A stretch of 64,000 bases of DNA from Massalongia carnosa. Lineage: Eukaryota. The stretch's first letter is position 1; each line of letters starts with the position of its first letter. Positions 1-12,737 of this stretch are shown piece by piece. The stretch covers positions 620,001-684,000 of the forward strand of contig OZ287076.1 in NCBI GenBank assembly GCA_965645245.1. The letters are read 5' to 3'. The notes under the pieces are model-generated. The model ran no database searches. It was given only the letters and a program-made list of their open reading frames with translations, and was not told where the DNA came from. A program made the translations under genes and the position numbers.

Positions 1-780
1 GAGAACTGCAACGAAATACCACATGGCTTGGTTGAGGATATACTGGATGAATTTAGCGCTGTACATTGGTTGAGGATCTCTATTTAGGTTGGGAAATTTC
101 GACTTTGTGGAACGACGAAGGTTGTGATAGCGTCATGGGTTTATGTTCGTGCTGGGTTTTTCTTTGGCTGTAGTTAGAAACTTCTTTCGGTATAAAATAT
201 TAGCTAGTAAAGGCTTCCGCAGTACGAAAAGGTAGAAAGTGAATGCATACAACCATGAGTTAACCATCTCACAACAAGTCGGGATCATATCCTGGAGTCT
301 GAGAGATCCGCAGCTCTCCTGGAAGAAAGCAACAATAAGCAATGTAACCAATTACACCGTAGACGTTGCTCTTGGGTTTGCCAGCTGGCTAGTTGGCAAT
401 AGTTAGCTGAAGGGCCTAAGTATTTCTCATGTTCAATGGTTCTGAGAGATAGCTCACGTTGAGTAAAAAACTCAAACGATAGCAGACACATCTCATCGTG
501 TTTTTTTCCCTCTTGCGTTGGAAATTTTCACAGTTTCGAATGGATGAGTTTCATACAAGATACGATACCGAGGAACTAGCTAGGTAAGTAAGTATTCAAC
601 AGAAACGGGGAAATACCGAAGCCCCATCTTTAGAGCATCGCGCAAGAAGATCTCGTGACTCAACCTACTACTTAACTAAATAACTAACAAACTCCCTCCC
701 CTCACTCCCCACCCCCCTCCGGCCTCCAGGGACCTACCCATCCTAAACCCATCAAATCACCACATCCCCTAACCCTAACC

Positions 781-1713
781 ATGACCGCCACCACCCCCCA
801 ACCCCAACTCCAACTCCCCGCCAACCTGCAAGAGGCGCTAATCCCCAATCTTCCGCCCTCGATGTACTACATCCCCGATTTCATCAGTCCCGCCGAGGAA
901 GCCCATCTCCTAGCTAAAGTCCGCTCCGCTCTGCCCCGCCCCTTTCTCTTCTCCCCTCATTTCTTTCATCCCACTTCCTTTCCTGGCACCGTATACTATC
1001 ACCCATCCAACCCAACCACCCACCAACCCCCAAGAAAGGAAGAATTACCATTCTAACCCTACCGCACCCCCATTTCCCCCCGGGGGCCGATGTAGATACA
1101 CGCATCCCCCCGCCCCCACTGGCACCGGCTCTCGCACCGGCGCCTGCAAGCACACCCCTCGCCGCTGACGCCCGGAACCAACACTCTTCTCGCCGCGCCG
1201 CTCCCGTCCTGGCTTGCGGACCCCATCGTGCCGCGGCTCCTGTCCGTTCCGTGTGCGGCGTCCACGGAGGACACGCACGCCTTCAGCGCCTCGCCGCACC
1301 GCGCGCCGAATCACTGCCTGGTGAATGAGTACGCGCCCGGGCAGGGGATCCTCGCGCATGAGGACGGCCCGGCGTACTGGCCCGTGGTGGCGACGGTGTC
1401 GTTGGGCGCGCCAATCGTGCTGGATGTGTACGCGAAGGGGGATGGGAGGGGGCGATCGCGGTGGCGGGTGCTGCAAGAGCGCAGGAGTTTACTGGTCACG
1501 GCCGAGCAGATGTATGGGGGGTGGTTGCATGGGATTGAGGAGGGGGTGGAAGTAGATGAGAGGTTGGGGGAGGTGGTGAATTGGGGGCTGCTGGGGAGGA
1601 AGGGGGACTTTGGGGAAGGGAAGAGTGTGAGGGGGACGAGGGTGAGTTTGACGTTTCGGGATGTGATCCGGGTGAAGAATTTAGGGAAGGGGTTGGGGTT
1701 TGTGGGGAGGTGA
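781..1713 (+). CDS. ALKBH6: AlkB-family Fe(II)/2OG dioxygenase, ALKBH6-like (exons 781-918, 1096-1713)
   Basis: Splicing GT(919)..AG(1095) gives YYIPDFISPAEE..LLAK|IHASPRPHWHRLSHRRLQ, then PNHCLVNEY.PGQGILAHEDG (HxD), WLHGI and RVSLTFR, the AlkB/ALKBH6 motifs. Confidence 0.85.
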
Positions 1714-1838
1714 ACGAGGGATACCCCGTGGTTGCAGCGAGAATGGGGGACTCGAGAGAATTGCAGGAGACATCGGTAAATTTTTCTAGGGAATGCCTCG
1801 AATTAAACGAGTATAGGCTAGGTAGGATATGGTCGATA

Positions 1839-2913
1839 CTAAAACATATAAGGGATCATTTTCCATCTCTGTTGCACCTGTTTTTCCCCAAATTTTCTGG
1901 CGTACCATCCCTTGGTAGCAGACGCTGTCACAGAGAGATTGACCGACACAAATATCAGCGCAGCAAAAATGGTCCTGTTGAAAAGACTTCCGGTGGGAGC
2001 GCCTATGAACGCGAGGCTGAGGTAGATGAGACATTCAGCTGTGTAGTGAGGACATATTACGAGTTGGAAAATCGGGTGCATTGGGAGGGTGTATTTCGGC
2101 AGCGATGCTAAGTACATGTGGCAGTCATGTTGGACTCCAGAAGCCAGCAGGAACAGCGGAATACCCAGCATTGATCGAAGGGAGGGTGCTTTCATTATGT
2201 GGTCCCGCACCGATGTTGTTGATATGAGCGATTCTTCACATTGAGCTGCCGTCAGTAGATGACCTACACCTTTTCATGAAACTGGATTGGGCAAGGGGAT
2301 CTTGTATATGTTTTCAAGTTTACTTACTTGCTCCTTCAATCCAAATGGCGACACCCATGGCCAAGTAGAAGGCTAACCCGAGAAGCCAATGCGCGAAGAA
2401 CATATTGGACTGGGAATGCTTCGCGCTCGCCTTGGATTCTAGCAGTCTACGGATTCCTTGCACACTGGCAAGGGACCAGACCAAAACGACCTGGTCAACT
2501 GACATGGTACTCTTCGAGTTCTGTAACTGGACATTCTCGGAAAGCTTTCTTAATAGAGATCCTCGCGTCAAGATCTGCACGCCCCAAAATGCGGATGAAA
2601 GCACTGATGCGATATAGAAGTGTAGGAACCATCCATGGGGAACTTGAATCGTTGCTATCTCATCGAATATTCGGCTCAACCAACCTTGAGACACATCTTT
2701 GAGCAATAGTTCTGGATTCTTGCCATCCGTGCCCGGTGTCGCTCTTGATCCATATACAACAAACCGAGATTTGACGGCAGGAATACTATTGAGAAATAGA
2801 ATCTAGGGCGATCAGGATCAATGGTGCTGCATCGCGAGTGACCACTATTGAGGCTCTACCGTAGAAGTGGCAATCAGAAAGGACAGCTGCAAGGCAAGCG
2901 ATGGATCTGGCAT
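1839..2913 (-). CDS. DFG10: Polyprenol reductase / steroid 5-alpha-reductase family (DFG10/SRD5A3), multi-exon
   Basis: ATG at 2913 (MPDPSLAL..), intron, then ..FVVYGSR, VPHGWFLHFY, RRLLES, QHDCH..LASL, CPHYTAECLIY and C-terminal WKMIPY, typical of DFG10/SRD5A3. Confidence 0.85.
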
Positions 2914-3712
2914 ATCTGGCGTTTTGAGGTTCTCGAACCAAGAACTCGACAGCTGACGGGAAGATTCAATAACGCTGCGGTGCGGAGAGGGTTCAGGCGG
3001 CACGGGATCGACAGTGCTTTAAAACACAGCCTTTTGGCAACAGTTCAGGTTGCCTACAGAGTACAGAGCCAGAGTACTTCGTAGTTAAGCCAGCCTGTGC
3101 AGACTGCAGTCACTGCACTGGACAACAATAGTTCACAAGAGGGGAAGATAAGCTGATGCCTGGGAGAGAGGAGGGGAAAGAAGGAAAGGGAGCAGGACGA
3201 AGGGAAGGATGATAAATTACCTCTGGAGCTGAAACTCTGATATGTGCCAATCAAAGAATCCTAGCCAGCCTCTTCCCCTCTCGCCCGCTTTGACTCAGCC
3301 AATCAAACTACAAGATAGGACTGGCTGTTACGTCTGGTACGGTACTCGGTACAGACTAAGCGGGAGTCGTGGAATGTTTAGTAATATCGGTAACAATACC
3401 AAGTTCTTGCTACGCTGATATGGGCATTACAGAGTACTCTGTACCTAACTTAATATTCTTGCGCCCGAGATCACTCAATCATCTTTGTATCATATTCCCC
3501 CATCCAGCCGAGAAAAGATAAATTCGTTGAAAAAAAGACCAAAGCGAATCGAACACTTGATCCATTTGCGCCATCATCAATCGTTCCACGAACCTTAAAG
3601 CCGAACACAAGGACTTCCGCGGTTCCTTGTCGGCCGAACCAAGGACAAGGTAGCAAGTTCACAGCAATCCAACAAAACGGCTCGTCATGATGGGGAAGAA
3701 GGAATCAGATCG

Positions 3713-6700
3713 ATGGAAACTGTTATGAGCGAGGACCGATCAGGCGTGACGAAATCAGGTAGAAACATAAACGGGAAACATGGGGGCGTTAAAGCCATCG
3801 GACACCCTCAGGATGTGGAGATTTCAAGTGGGCTGGTGAATGCTTCACCACCCTCGCTGAAAGTAGACCTGGCCAACGTGGGTAGAGCCAGCCATGGAGG
3901 AACTGCGAACGAAAAAAGCGACTCGGAAGCCGAGACGGTGGTGTTATCCGGAAAGGATGAAGCGTCGATAGACAAGGCTAGGAAGACTATCAAGCATGAG
4001 AGACTCGAGGATTCCGTGCAACAGGGCGATCCGAAAGGTGTCCGGCCTGATGATTCGGGCAGGAAGCAGGAGGAGAATGATATGGATAGCAGGCCATCAC
4101 TGAAGCGCAAAAGGGTAATACGTGAATATCTTATCGGGGAATCCACCGAAGCTGCCAACTCGAGCAATCTCAGCTCTACCATATCATCCCCAGCCCTCGA
4201 AGGGCAATCTTCAAGAAGAAGCGGGTCCGAATCCGACCGCTCTCGGTCATCACCCCCCTTCGACGAAGTTGCGCAACCCAAGGAAGGCCGGATTCGCAAA
4301 CNNNNNNNNNNNNNNNNNNNNNNNNNNNNNNNNNNNNNNNNNNNNNNNNNNNNNNNNNNNNNNNNNNNNNNNNNNNNNNNNNNNNNNNNNNNNNNNNNNN
4401 NNNNNNNNNNNNNNNNNNNNNNNNNNNNNNNNNNNNNNNNNNNNNNNNNNNNNNNNNNNNNNNNNNNNNNNNNNNNNNNNNNNNNNNNNNNNNNNNNNNN
4501 NAATAGCGCGATATCACCAGCGAAGATGTCGCATAAGAAGAACCGCGATAAGAATGGAAGAACCCTACTTGCCCGGGCTTGCGCATTGGATGAATCGGAA
4601 GCAGCGTTGAGACTGAAAGAAAGACCGCAAGACCTGGATATTCCGGATAATGCCGGTAATACTCCGCTGCAGATTGCCAGTCTCGAGGGCAAGTCGAAGA
4701 TCGTGCATTTGCTCTTGGATGCTGGATGTGACATAAACTGCAAGAACATCGACATGGAGACGCCATTGATTGATGCGGTCGAAAACGGGCATCTCGACGT
4801 TGTTAGAATGTTACTCAAGGCAGGACTTGACCCGCGGCAAAGTAACGCAAAAGGAGAAGAGCCTCTGGATCTGGTGAATCCCGAAATGGATCATTATGAT
4901 GAAATCCGGGCCGCACTCGTATCGGCTAAGGAGAAAGACAAACCGAGGAGGTCTTCGGAAGATCATAATGTTCATAGTGCCGGCCAACGAGACAACGACA
5001 CCTCCTCGGTAGGCGCTTCCGCTGCGAGTCCGACCGAATCACTTGCTATGCATAGTGCCCGAAGCCCTCCGCCTCCGCTGGGACCACGGAGAAGGACAGC
5101 AAGGAGTCAACCAACACAGGATAGCTTGTTGTGGATCAACGCAACCCCAGAAAGGCTTCGGGAAGCTGCTGGGATAGGGGATCTGACGATTGTTGACCAC
5201 ATCCTGAAAATGCGTCCCGATGCCGATAGCGAATCTGTTCTTGCAGCAGCGAAAGGGGGTCACGAAATCATTATTGAACTATTGATTGCAATCGGAAAGC
5301 CGGATCCGGATCCAGAACCCTTACGTTCTAGCGATTACAAACCTGAATACAGCACTCCTATGCTTGCAGCAATCGGCCGAGGAAATGTCAAGGTGATTAA
5401 GCTACTGTTGAACCAGCCAGGTTTTGATCCTACTCGTCGCTTGTACAAAGGTCTCGCTTACTACGAAATCGCGAAAGTGAGGCAGGGCTCTGAGTGGCAG
5501 GAAGAGTATAATGTCCTAAAAGAGGCGTTTGATAAACACATGCTACACAAACCCAAAAAGGCAAACCTTGGCTCGCCGCGAAAAACCCGGGTCAAACGAC
5601 CCGAATCGCACAAATCTAACTCCGAATCCTCATCACCTCTTTCTGCCAGTAAGTCGCAAAGTTTACAATCCACCGTCCTTGAGGAGTCCAAGGAAGGGAA
5701 TAAGTCCTCGACGCACAAAACAAATGTACATAGGCATCAGCTTATACCAGAGGTGGAGAACCGTGATTTTCCTGCCGTTGTGTCAGACCGCGAAACGGAA
5801 CCTTTAGGGCCTCCCAAATCACAGCCAAAAAGTGCTCGATCCACTAGCGACGTTGGGCACAGTGGGACAAAGCAAGGAGGCCCGCTCAAGCCAAGGCGGA
5901 AATTACTCTCCAGGAATGACCTGGACAGCGATGACACCAAAAGAAGAGCCAGTCTCGCTGAAGCATCATCTACATCAAGCCAGGGAACCCACAGACGAAA
6001 ATCCAGCGACTCCTCCAAGTCCACCACCAAAGTCGAGAAAGAAGCTGTTTTAGGGTTGCCAGGAGAACGAAGCGAGGCCGGAAAAAAGCGCCCGCGAATC
6101 AGTGTCAGTCCTCAAGCCAGCATTCGCGACTCTGACCAAATCCCAGAAATTATAAAGAAGAAGAAACGACGCCGTGTCGATTCTCAAGGCAATGCAATTA
6201 CCTATAATCACCAGCGCCCGTTACAACCAGGGCCTGCTATGGTGGCTAACATGATACCTAGCCCCGATCATACCGCCTCGCCAACCAATCCTCCTGGGGC
6301 TGCTCCAGTTGCCTTTATGGGTGCTTCGCCTGTCCTCACCTCTCCGACAGTCAGGTCCCCAACCCTCTCTTCCTCAGCAGTGAAGTCTTCAGATACCAAG
6401 TCTCCACTGCATAAACCCCCGACTATCAAGTCTCCAACCCAGCAATCTCTAACAGATACTCAAATGGGGATGGATACAAGCTCTTCCATCTCGGGCATTG
6501 ATCAAGCACTCCAGCAGACAATACAGCAACAAAACCAGCAAGAGCAGACGCAAGCTGAGACAAGTGTTTTGGTCAAGCAAGATTTGGAACACGATGGCAA
6601 TAAGAATACGCCTAGCAAGGAGGAATCCGAATTGACGCGCCAAGAATCCCAACGGCGGCAGAAGGCTGAGGCTGAGGCTGAAGCAAGGGCAGAAGCCGAG

Positions 6701-7707
6701 GCAGCACAGGCAGCACAAGCAGCACAAGCACTTAAAGCAGCGGAGGCAGCGGAGGCAGCCAAGGCGGCTCAAGCCGCCCAAGAGAAAACCGAAGAGAAGG
6801 CTAGGGTTGCCCGTGAAGAGGAAGAAGCCCGGCTGGAATCCCAACGTCAAGCTGAGGAAGCCGCGCGACAACTCCAGCTCGAGCGAGATGAGGAAGAAGT
6901 CCGAGCAGAGAAACGGAAGCGCGAAGAGGAGGTGCAAAGAAGGCGCGTTGAGCAGGAAAAACTGCGTAGGGAAGAACTAGAACGAAAGCGCACCGAGGCT
7001 GAAGAACGCGAGCGGTTACGCCAGATTCGAATTCAGGAGGAGGAAGAGCAACACCGGCGGGAGGCTTTGCCTAACGGCCTGCGACGCGCTGCGGAGTTGA
7101 GTCCGGAGGAAGCGAGGAGTTACAAGGAGATTGTCAAATGGCTTCCGTTGCATACCGCTACCACTCGCGAAATCGACCCTACGAGTGAGGATGCCGTTGC
7201 GGAAGAACGCTGGGTTGCAAACGTCCAGGTGGCCCCGATCCTAGCCATTACGGATCTAGATTTGTCACATTGTAAGTCGTATTTTGTTGAACAGCTTGCC
7301 CCGCACTTCCTACTTCCTTCTCTATCTAATGCTGACACCCCTCCCCAATAGACGCAACATGGCCCCGTCTCCCCACCACCCCTAACCAACGCATGTCCCT
7401 CTGGCGCCAATGCCGCAATCAGATGTCGCAAGCCCAACGCTCCCCGTTGCACGTGACCTGGACCAACGTGATCCCCCTCGACGCCGAGACCCGCCCCAAG
7501 TTCTTCGCGCTGCACAGTGTGTTCTGGATCAGGCTGGCGGATTTCTTGGAGGCCGCCCCGCGTTATCCGCATTTGGCGGCGGTGAGATTACGGACGAGAC
7601 CGATGCTTTTGCACGAGGATCCTTGGGGGAGGGGGAGTGAGAGGGGGAAGGAGGAGAGGCAGAAGAGGATGGACGAGGGCGCGGTGTTGGTGAATGGGTT
7701 TCGGTAG
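3713..7707 (+). CDS. HOS4: Ankyrin-repeat protein, Set3C subunit Hos4-like (intron 7272-7351)
   Basis: Ankyrin repeats (DKNGRTLLARAC, DNAGNTPLQIASLEG, ETPLIDAVENGH), long S/P/K low-complexity region and E/R coiled coil. GTAAGT..TAG intron joins DLSH-Y-ATWPR in frame with 7393-7707. Confidence 0.7.
4302..4501. other. Assembly gap (200 N) inside the ankyrin gene
   Basis: Run of N; the reading frame is consistent on both sides. Confidence 0.99.
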
Positions 7708-8307
7708 GTAGGGGGACCGCGAAAGCTTGAGGTGCAATGCAAAGGAAGGGAGGGGCGTGAGAGATCTAGAGGAACTTACTGTACCCAGATTTCTTTTCGA
7801 ACTCTTTTTGGGATGGGGGGTTTGTCTGGCCCACGCATTCCACGCTTGGGAACTGTGTGGGTTACGGGACTGCTTTTCCGCTCGTTTTGCATTCCTCGTT
7901 GGCTGGTTGGCTTCATGTATATGGGGTGGCTGTGTGTGGGTGTGGGTGTGGATGGGTTGCCTTTTTTAGGGGTGGGCCATCGCTGGTGAATAGCTAGATA
8001 TGCATGTATGTAGACAGGGAGCCTTTGCTATCTACATATCGATCTATCTATCTACATATATACCTACCATGCCTACTTATTTACTTGTTTATTCGCGTAC
8101 CTAAAATCTATTACCTGTTTACCTATCCATCCACTCCTCCATCCCTCCCCCATCTCCTTCTCTTCTCTCCGCTCTATTCTCCCTTCTCGCCACTTTCGCA
8201 GTTAGTTATGAAATAGACTCTTTCTCCATATACCTAACCTGCTAAGGAGGAGGATGCAGCTAACTACCTCTCTACGACTACTCTAGTTAGAGTACAGTCG
8301 TGCCCTA

Positions 8308-8737
8308 TCCCGATCCCGAAGAGAATAGCAGCCCGCTTTCCAATTTCCTATGCAACGTCGAGCTCGAACAGCGGTTGACCGATTGGTTGATTGATTGAAT
8401 AAAGTAGAATAGAGTAAAATTAAGCATATTTCGGAAGGAGAAGGGGAAGGGGAGGAGAGAGGAGGGAGGGAGAGAGAATGCAGAACTAAGAAAAAGAGTG
8501 AAGAAGAAGAGAAAGTGGGCGGTCCCGATCCCGAAGAGAATAGCAGCCCGCTTTCCAATTTCCCATGCAACGTCGAGCTCGAACAGCGGTTGACCGATTG
8601 GTTGATTGATTGAATAAAGTAGAATAGAATAAAATTAAGCATATTTCGGAAGGAGAAGGAGAAGGAGAGGACGGAGGAGGGAGGGAGAGAGAATGCAGAA
8701 CTAAGAAAAAGAGTGAGGAAGAAGAGAAAGTGGGCGG
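8308..8737. repeat. Tandem duplication, two diverged ~215-bp copies
   Basis: TCCCGATCCCGAAGAGAATAGCAGCCCGC... starts at 8308 and again at 8523; copies differ by several substitutions. Confidence 0.9.
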
Positions 8738-9103
8738 AGCCAAGAGAAGGACTGCGGGGAGTTGAGAGAGAGATGCATGGATGGATGGATGGATGGATGG
8801 ATGGATAGATAGATAGCGGATAAAGGGGGAGAGGAGGGGGATGTGTCTAGGTAGGTGGGTAGGTATTTATGTGTGGGAGAATCAGGGAAGGGTCTAGGTA
8901 TGTAAGTACGGACGCCCCCGATCCTCGACAATTAACTTCCTCAACAAAACCCACATCTCCCCAAGTCCTCCCTTCTCTTCCCATCCACCATTATAACCCC
9001 CTGCCACCCCTCACAACCTTTTCCCTCTCTCCCCTTTATCCAGGCTACCGCTCCTCTTCTCTCATCCCATTTTACAACCTTCAGAGAAAGAAGGGAGTCG
9101 GAT

Positions 9104-9711
9104 TTACTCTCCCGTCTGGAAATAATTGAGCAGGATGGAACGCTCCTGGGATTCTTCGCCCCAGTCGCGCACAACGACGCAGGAGCAGTTGACGACTTTT
9201 CGGGGGTTTCCTTCGCGGTCGAGAACGCCTTTTTCGAAGGGAGTGGTGTTAGCATTTGATATCCCAAAGAATGCAGAAATAAATAAAGAAACACTCACAC
9301 AACCCAGCCCACTCCCCCAAAAGCTTCCCATCCGGAACCTTGATCAACGGAATCGAATGCTCCGCGCACAATGCCACCACCAGTTTCTTGTAAGCCTCCT
9401 CCTCGCATCCCTCGTTCAGCACGCACATATGCGCCTGGCGCCGATCCAGCGCCTTACTGGCCTCGCGCAACCCGCGCGCCAAACCGTCGTGGATGAGCGC
9501 GAGCTTGAGTACGCCCTTGAGCGCGTCCAGGACGGTCATTTGCGAAGAGGTGCCGGCGGGGTTTGTGGTTGAGACTTCGATCTCGGGGGCGCCGTCGCCG
9601 GTGGCGGCTTCAGGAGGGGGGGAGTTGGGCTCTTCTCCGTCCGACTGTATTTAGAAGGGGGAAAGGTTAATGGGAGAGTGTATGGAGGAGGAGAATGAAA
9701 TGGCATACCAT
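9104..9711 (-). CDS. RPS12: 40S ribosomal protein S12 (eS12), 3 exons; the first coding exon is ATG only
   Basis: ATG|GTATGC intron; [74 protein letters not shown]. Confidence 0.95.
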
Positions 9712-9906
9712 TTTGAAGGCTGATTTTATTGTAAAACTGTCAAATGTCGGATTATCCTCAAAGAGCGAGTGTGGTGGTTTCTTTGAAAGATGGAATTTCG
9801 TGAAGGAGATATATTCAAAAGAATTCGCTTAACCGTTGTGCGATTTTTGCTTAGCTCGACTGGTCACTTGTTTGCACTAAAGTCGAATTAGTTAGACCCA
9901 GTTTTC

Positions 9907-9966
9907 ATCGTCGGCTAATCGCTCGCTTAATCTTCTCTTCTTGGAAGCGAGCGACTAGCCGAAGAT
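9907..9966. mobile_element. 60-bp TIR-only mini-element (MITE-like), same family as 12738-13789
   Basis: ATCGTCGGCTAATCGCTCGCTT...AAGCGAGCGACTAGCCGAAGAT|TA inverted repeat matching the TIRs of 12738-13789. Confidence 0.75.
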
Positions 9967-10187
9967 TAATGTTAATCTACAAATCCAATAAATGCGACTT
10001 ATTCTGCCTTCATTTCACTCACTTTATCTCTTAATGTTTTTGTCTACGTATCCAAGTCCGATACTGTGCGTTTCTCAATGCTGTTAAGACCATTTCATCT
10101 CATAAGCCTGCAGCGCTTTCTTGGCTATGATGTATTTGGTCGGATAGCAAGTACTCGAGCGCAAAATGTTCCTGATATCCATTGCCT

Positions 10188-10750
10188 CAGTACAATCAGA
10201 TCGGGTTATAAGAAACTCCAAAATCGTAGCACCTAGGTTTTTTATTAAGCGAGGTTTCTAATATCAAAATTCTTTGTATTTTCAAGACTATACCTATCGA
10301 CTACCTAATGGCAAAGAAATCCGTCATTACAACTTGCCTAGAGCTAATCGCCATTGAGGTCTTGATATCCCACTCTTTACGATTCAGACGACGTATCAAA
10401 TCATCGTCACCGACCTCTCGTTGCTCCTCATATAACCGTAACGTTTCAAGAGCTCGTAGAGCGTCCTTGTTTTGAACACGTGATACAATGACCTCCTCCT
10501 CCTCCGTCTCGTATTCTCTTTCATGGCCATCATATATAGCAACGATGTGATCCTCCAAATCCTCTTCGGTATCCTCTACCACCTCTTCAACAGGGTTCAG
10601 AAATTCGTCAATACGCATGACGCTTTGTATATGATCACGGTCTTTCAAACGCCGTATTGTAGCTTGTATCTGTAGTCGTTGCTCCGTTTCTTGCTCTTGC
10701 GTCCGAGTCTCATTGAGATAGTCATATTTCTCTGCCTCTTCTCGAGTCAT
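10188..10750 (-). mobile_element. 3' remnant of a pogo/CENP-B-like (Tigger-type) transposase with a probable terminal repeat
   Basis: ORF 10301-10750 has IDEFLNPVEE, an acidic tract, ALRALETLRLYEEQ and terminal Q..MTDFF, typical C-terminus of these transposases; CAGTA... end-like sequence at 10188. Confidence 0.55.
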
Positions 10751-10799
10751 TGGCCCATGTTTTGTCCCGATTACACGAGATTTCAGTCAACAATTAGAG

Positions 10800-12310
10800 A
10801 TAGTTAACTGAGTAACACCGTAATTAATCAATTTTCCGATCATGGGAGCAAACAAACTTGGCACGCTGAGCGTGAGGAATATCAATCCAGTCTCACTGTT
10901 TGTCCAGCGGAAGGTTTGCATCACGAACAGCGGAAGAATCTGGAAAATAATTAGAATTCGTACTTCATAGAAGTTTTAAGATATAGGCAGCGCTAACGAA
11001 GGAGTGAGTACTTATAGTCTCAAAAGCAGTAAACACAAATAGGTCAATCAATACAGCAAGCAAAGCGGTCAGAAAATGCGGATGAGAAAGTAAGCGGTAT
11101 ATTGGGTGTGTCTGGCAAGGTTTTCCAAACGCGACTTTTGAGCTTTCAAGCAGCGAAGAACGCTCGGTAGCTTTCAGTGCTTCAGAGGGATCCTTGCAAA
11201 TTTTTGGATTTGCTGCATTCGGGATGTCTTCGGTGTCGGGGTTGCTGTGATTGATGTTGCCGTCTCCCGTTTCAGTGTTTGGTCGCCACTGTTGGGCAAC
11301 TGCAAGGAAGTCAGCTGCCGCTTTCTTCGGGATATAGAGTCTGAGTTTACTCGTACTCTTTTTTTCAATCATCAAAGCTTGCAGGAAGACATCTATAAAA
11401 AGTAGCGCTATGGGTATGGAAAACGCGGCGTAATAACCTGCTTTAGCGTACCTAAAGTAAGTCATATCACCATACATGTGCCTCAGAGAAGTGTCATCGG
11501 TTCTTTCGCGTCAACGAGCTGATGGAAGAGGAAGCTTACATAATGCCTCCGAACATAGGCCCAAGCAGTATGCCCCATGTCAAGACAAGGGCGCTGTACT
11601 CCATCGGCTGTGCCAGGGCATCATTGCCAACTGTATCAATCATCAAACATAGCCCAACAACCCCCACTGCGGCACCCGACACACCCTGCAAAGCTCTCGC
11701 CGCAAGGAACATGTACGGAGAAGTGCTGGCAACGAAAAGAGCAGTGGAGCTTCCAATGGCTGCGAGGCCTAGGATGAAGGGTAGTTTGCGCGATTCGAGG
11801 CGATCGGCAAAGTAACCAAAAATAGCCGAGCAACACAATGGATCAGCCCCCCTTCTACGTTTGCGAAATACCCGATACTCACGAGAGCTTGCAAGAAGAG
11901 CAGCAGCGTATGCTGCAAGAAGGATTGAGATTCATTGTTGAACTTATAAATTTCGATTCATGTCGTTAATTAGCAAGCTCGTCTGATACGCGAGGGAATT
12001 CTGGCCTGGCAAGCTTTAACTACCGTCGTCCTCGGCCACTCCAGCACGATCAATAAGAGCCTGTGGCATAATGAGTACAATCTAAGACATGATTGGTAAA
12101 AGTTCTAGCGCTCTGCAAGCATACCTCACCATGCCATACATAAATGTATCTTCCTCGTTGTTAGCTCTTCCAGGTAGTCATCACGTCAGACCACCTATTG
12201 CGAATAACTAAGGCAACACAGATGATGAAAACCTTGGAAGACCGAAACTGGAGACCCCATGGTTTACTTGATAGGGTCAATTGAGAATGCCTTAAAGTTA
12301 TCGCCATCAT
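10800..12310 (-). pseudogene. MFS transporter (VMAT/DHA1-like) pseudogene, truncated at the 3' end
   Basis: Exons give FRSSKVFII, DTFMYGM|IVLIMPQALIDRAGV, FGYFADRLESRKLPF, ARALQG, GPMFGG. In-frame TGA at 11932-11934 (VQQ*ISILL); similarity is lost next to the pogo remnant. Confidence 0.7.
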
Positions 12311-12737
12311 GGATAGATGCTCCATGCAGTATTTGCAAGTCTTGATATGTTGGCAAGGCTCTTTCTTCAAGTACATGGCGCAACCGCTTATGATTTAAAG
12401 TAAAAGGTCTAGCTATGATATGATGAATGAAAATGCTTCCTTTTAACCCGCCGCTTTGGAACGAATATGCTTCCCTTATCTCCCGATGGTTTCGAAAATA
12501 GTGAAGACGAATCGTCGATGATGACAGATCTGCTTATGCCGCGAAAAGCTTTTCATCCACCAATCGGGTATTTCATGATTCCATTGTGTGATAAAATGTG
12601 GTTATGTAATGCCGAATAGGAGTGAGCCAAACTCATTTATGACCATAATAAAGTTCGGTTCCCGTTAGCGCTAGTCCAATGGTAGAGTGGCTTCTGGCAG
12701 CGCTAACACACTTGAGATTCCAGCCTTGCGGTCACTA

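Noticed and set aside
767..780. CCCTAACCCTAACC telomere-like repeat just before an ATG
   Set aside because: Only two units in a C-rich leader; not a telomere.
3808..4818. Long antisense ORFs here and over MOT1, STM1 and the kinase
   Set aside because: Shadows of real genes, here inflated by the N gap; no independent motifs.
11932..11934. TGA at a likely Trp codon, candidate for A-to-I stop correction or readthrough
   Set aside because: The MFS gene is also truncated and degraded; a pseudogene is the simpler reading.
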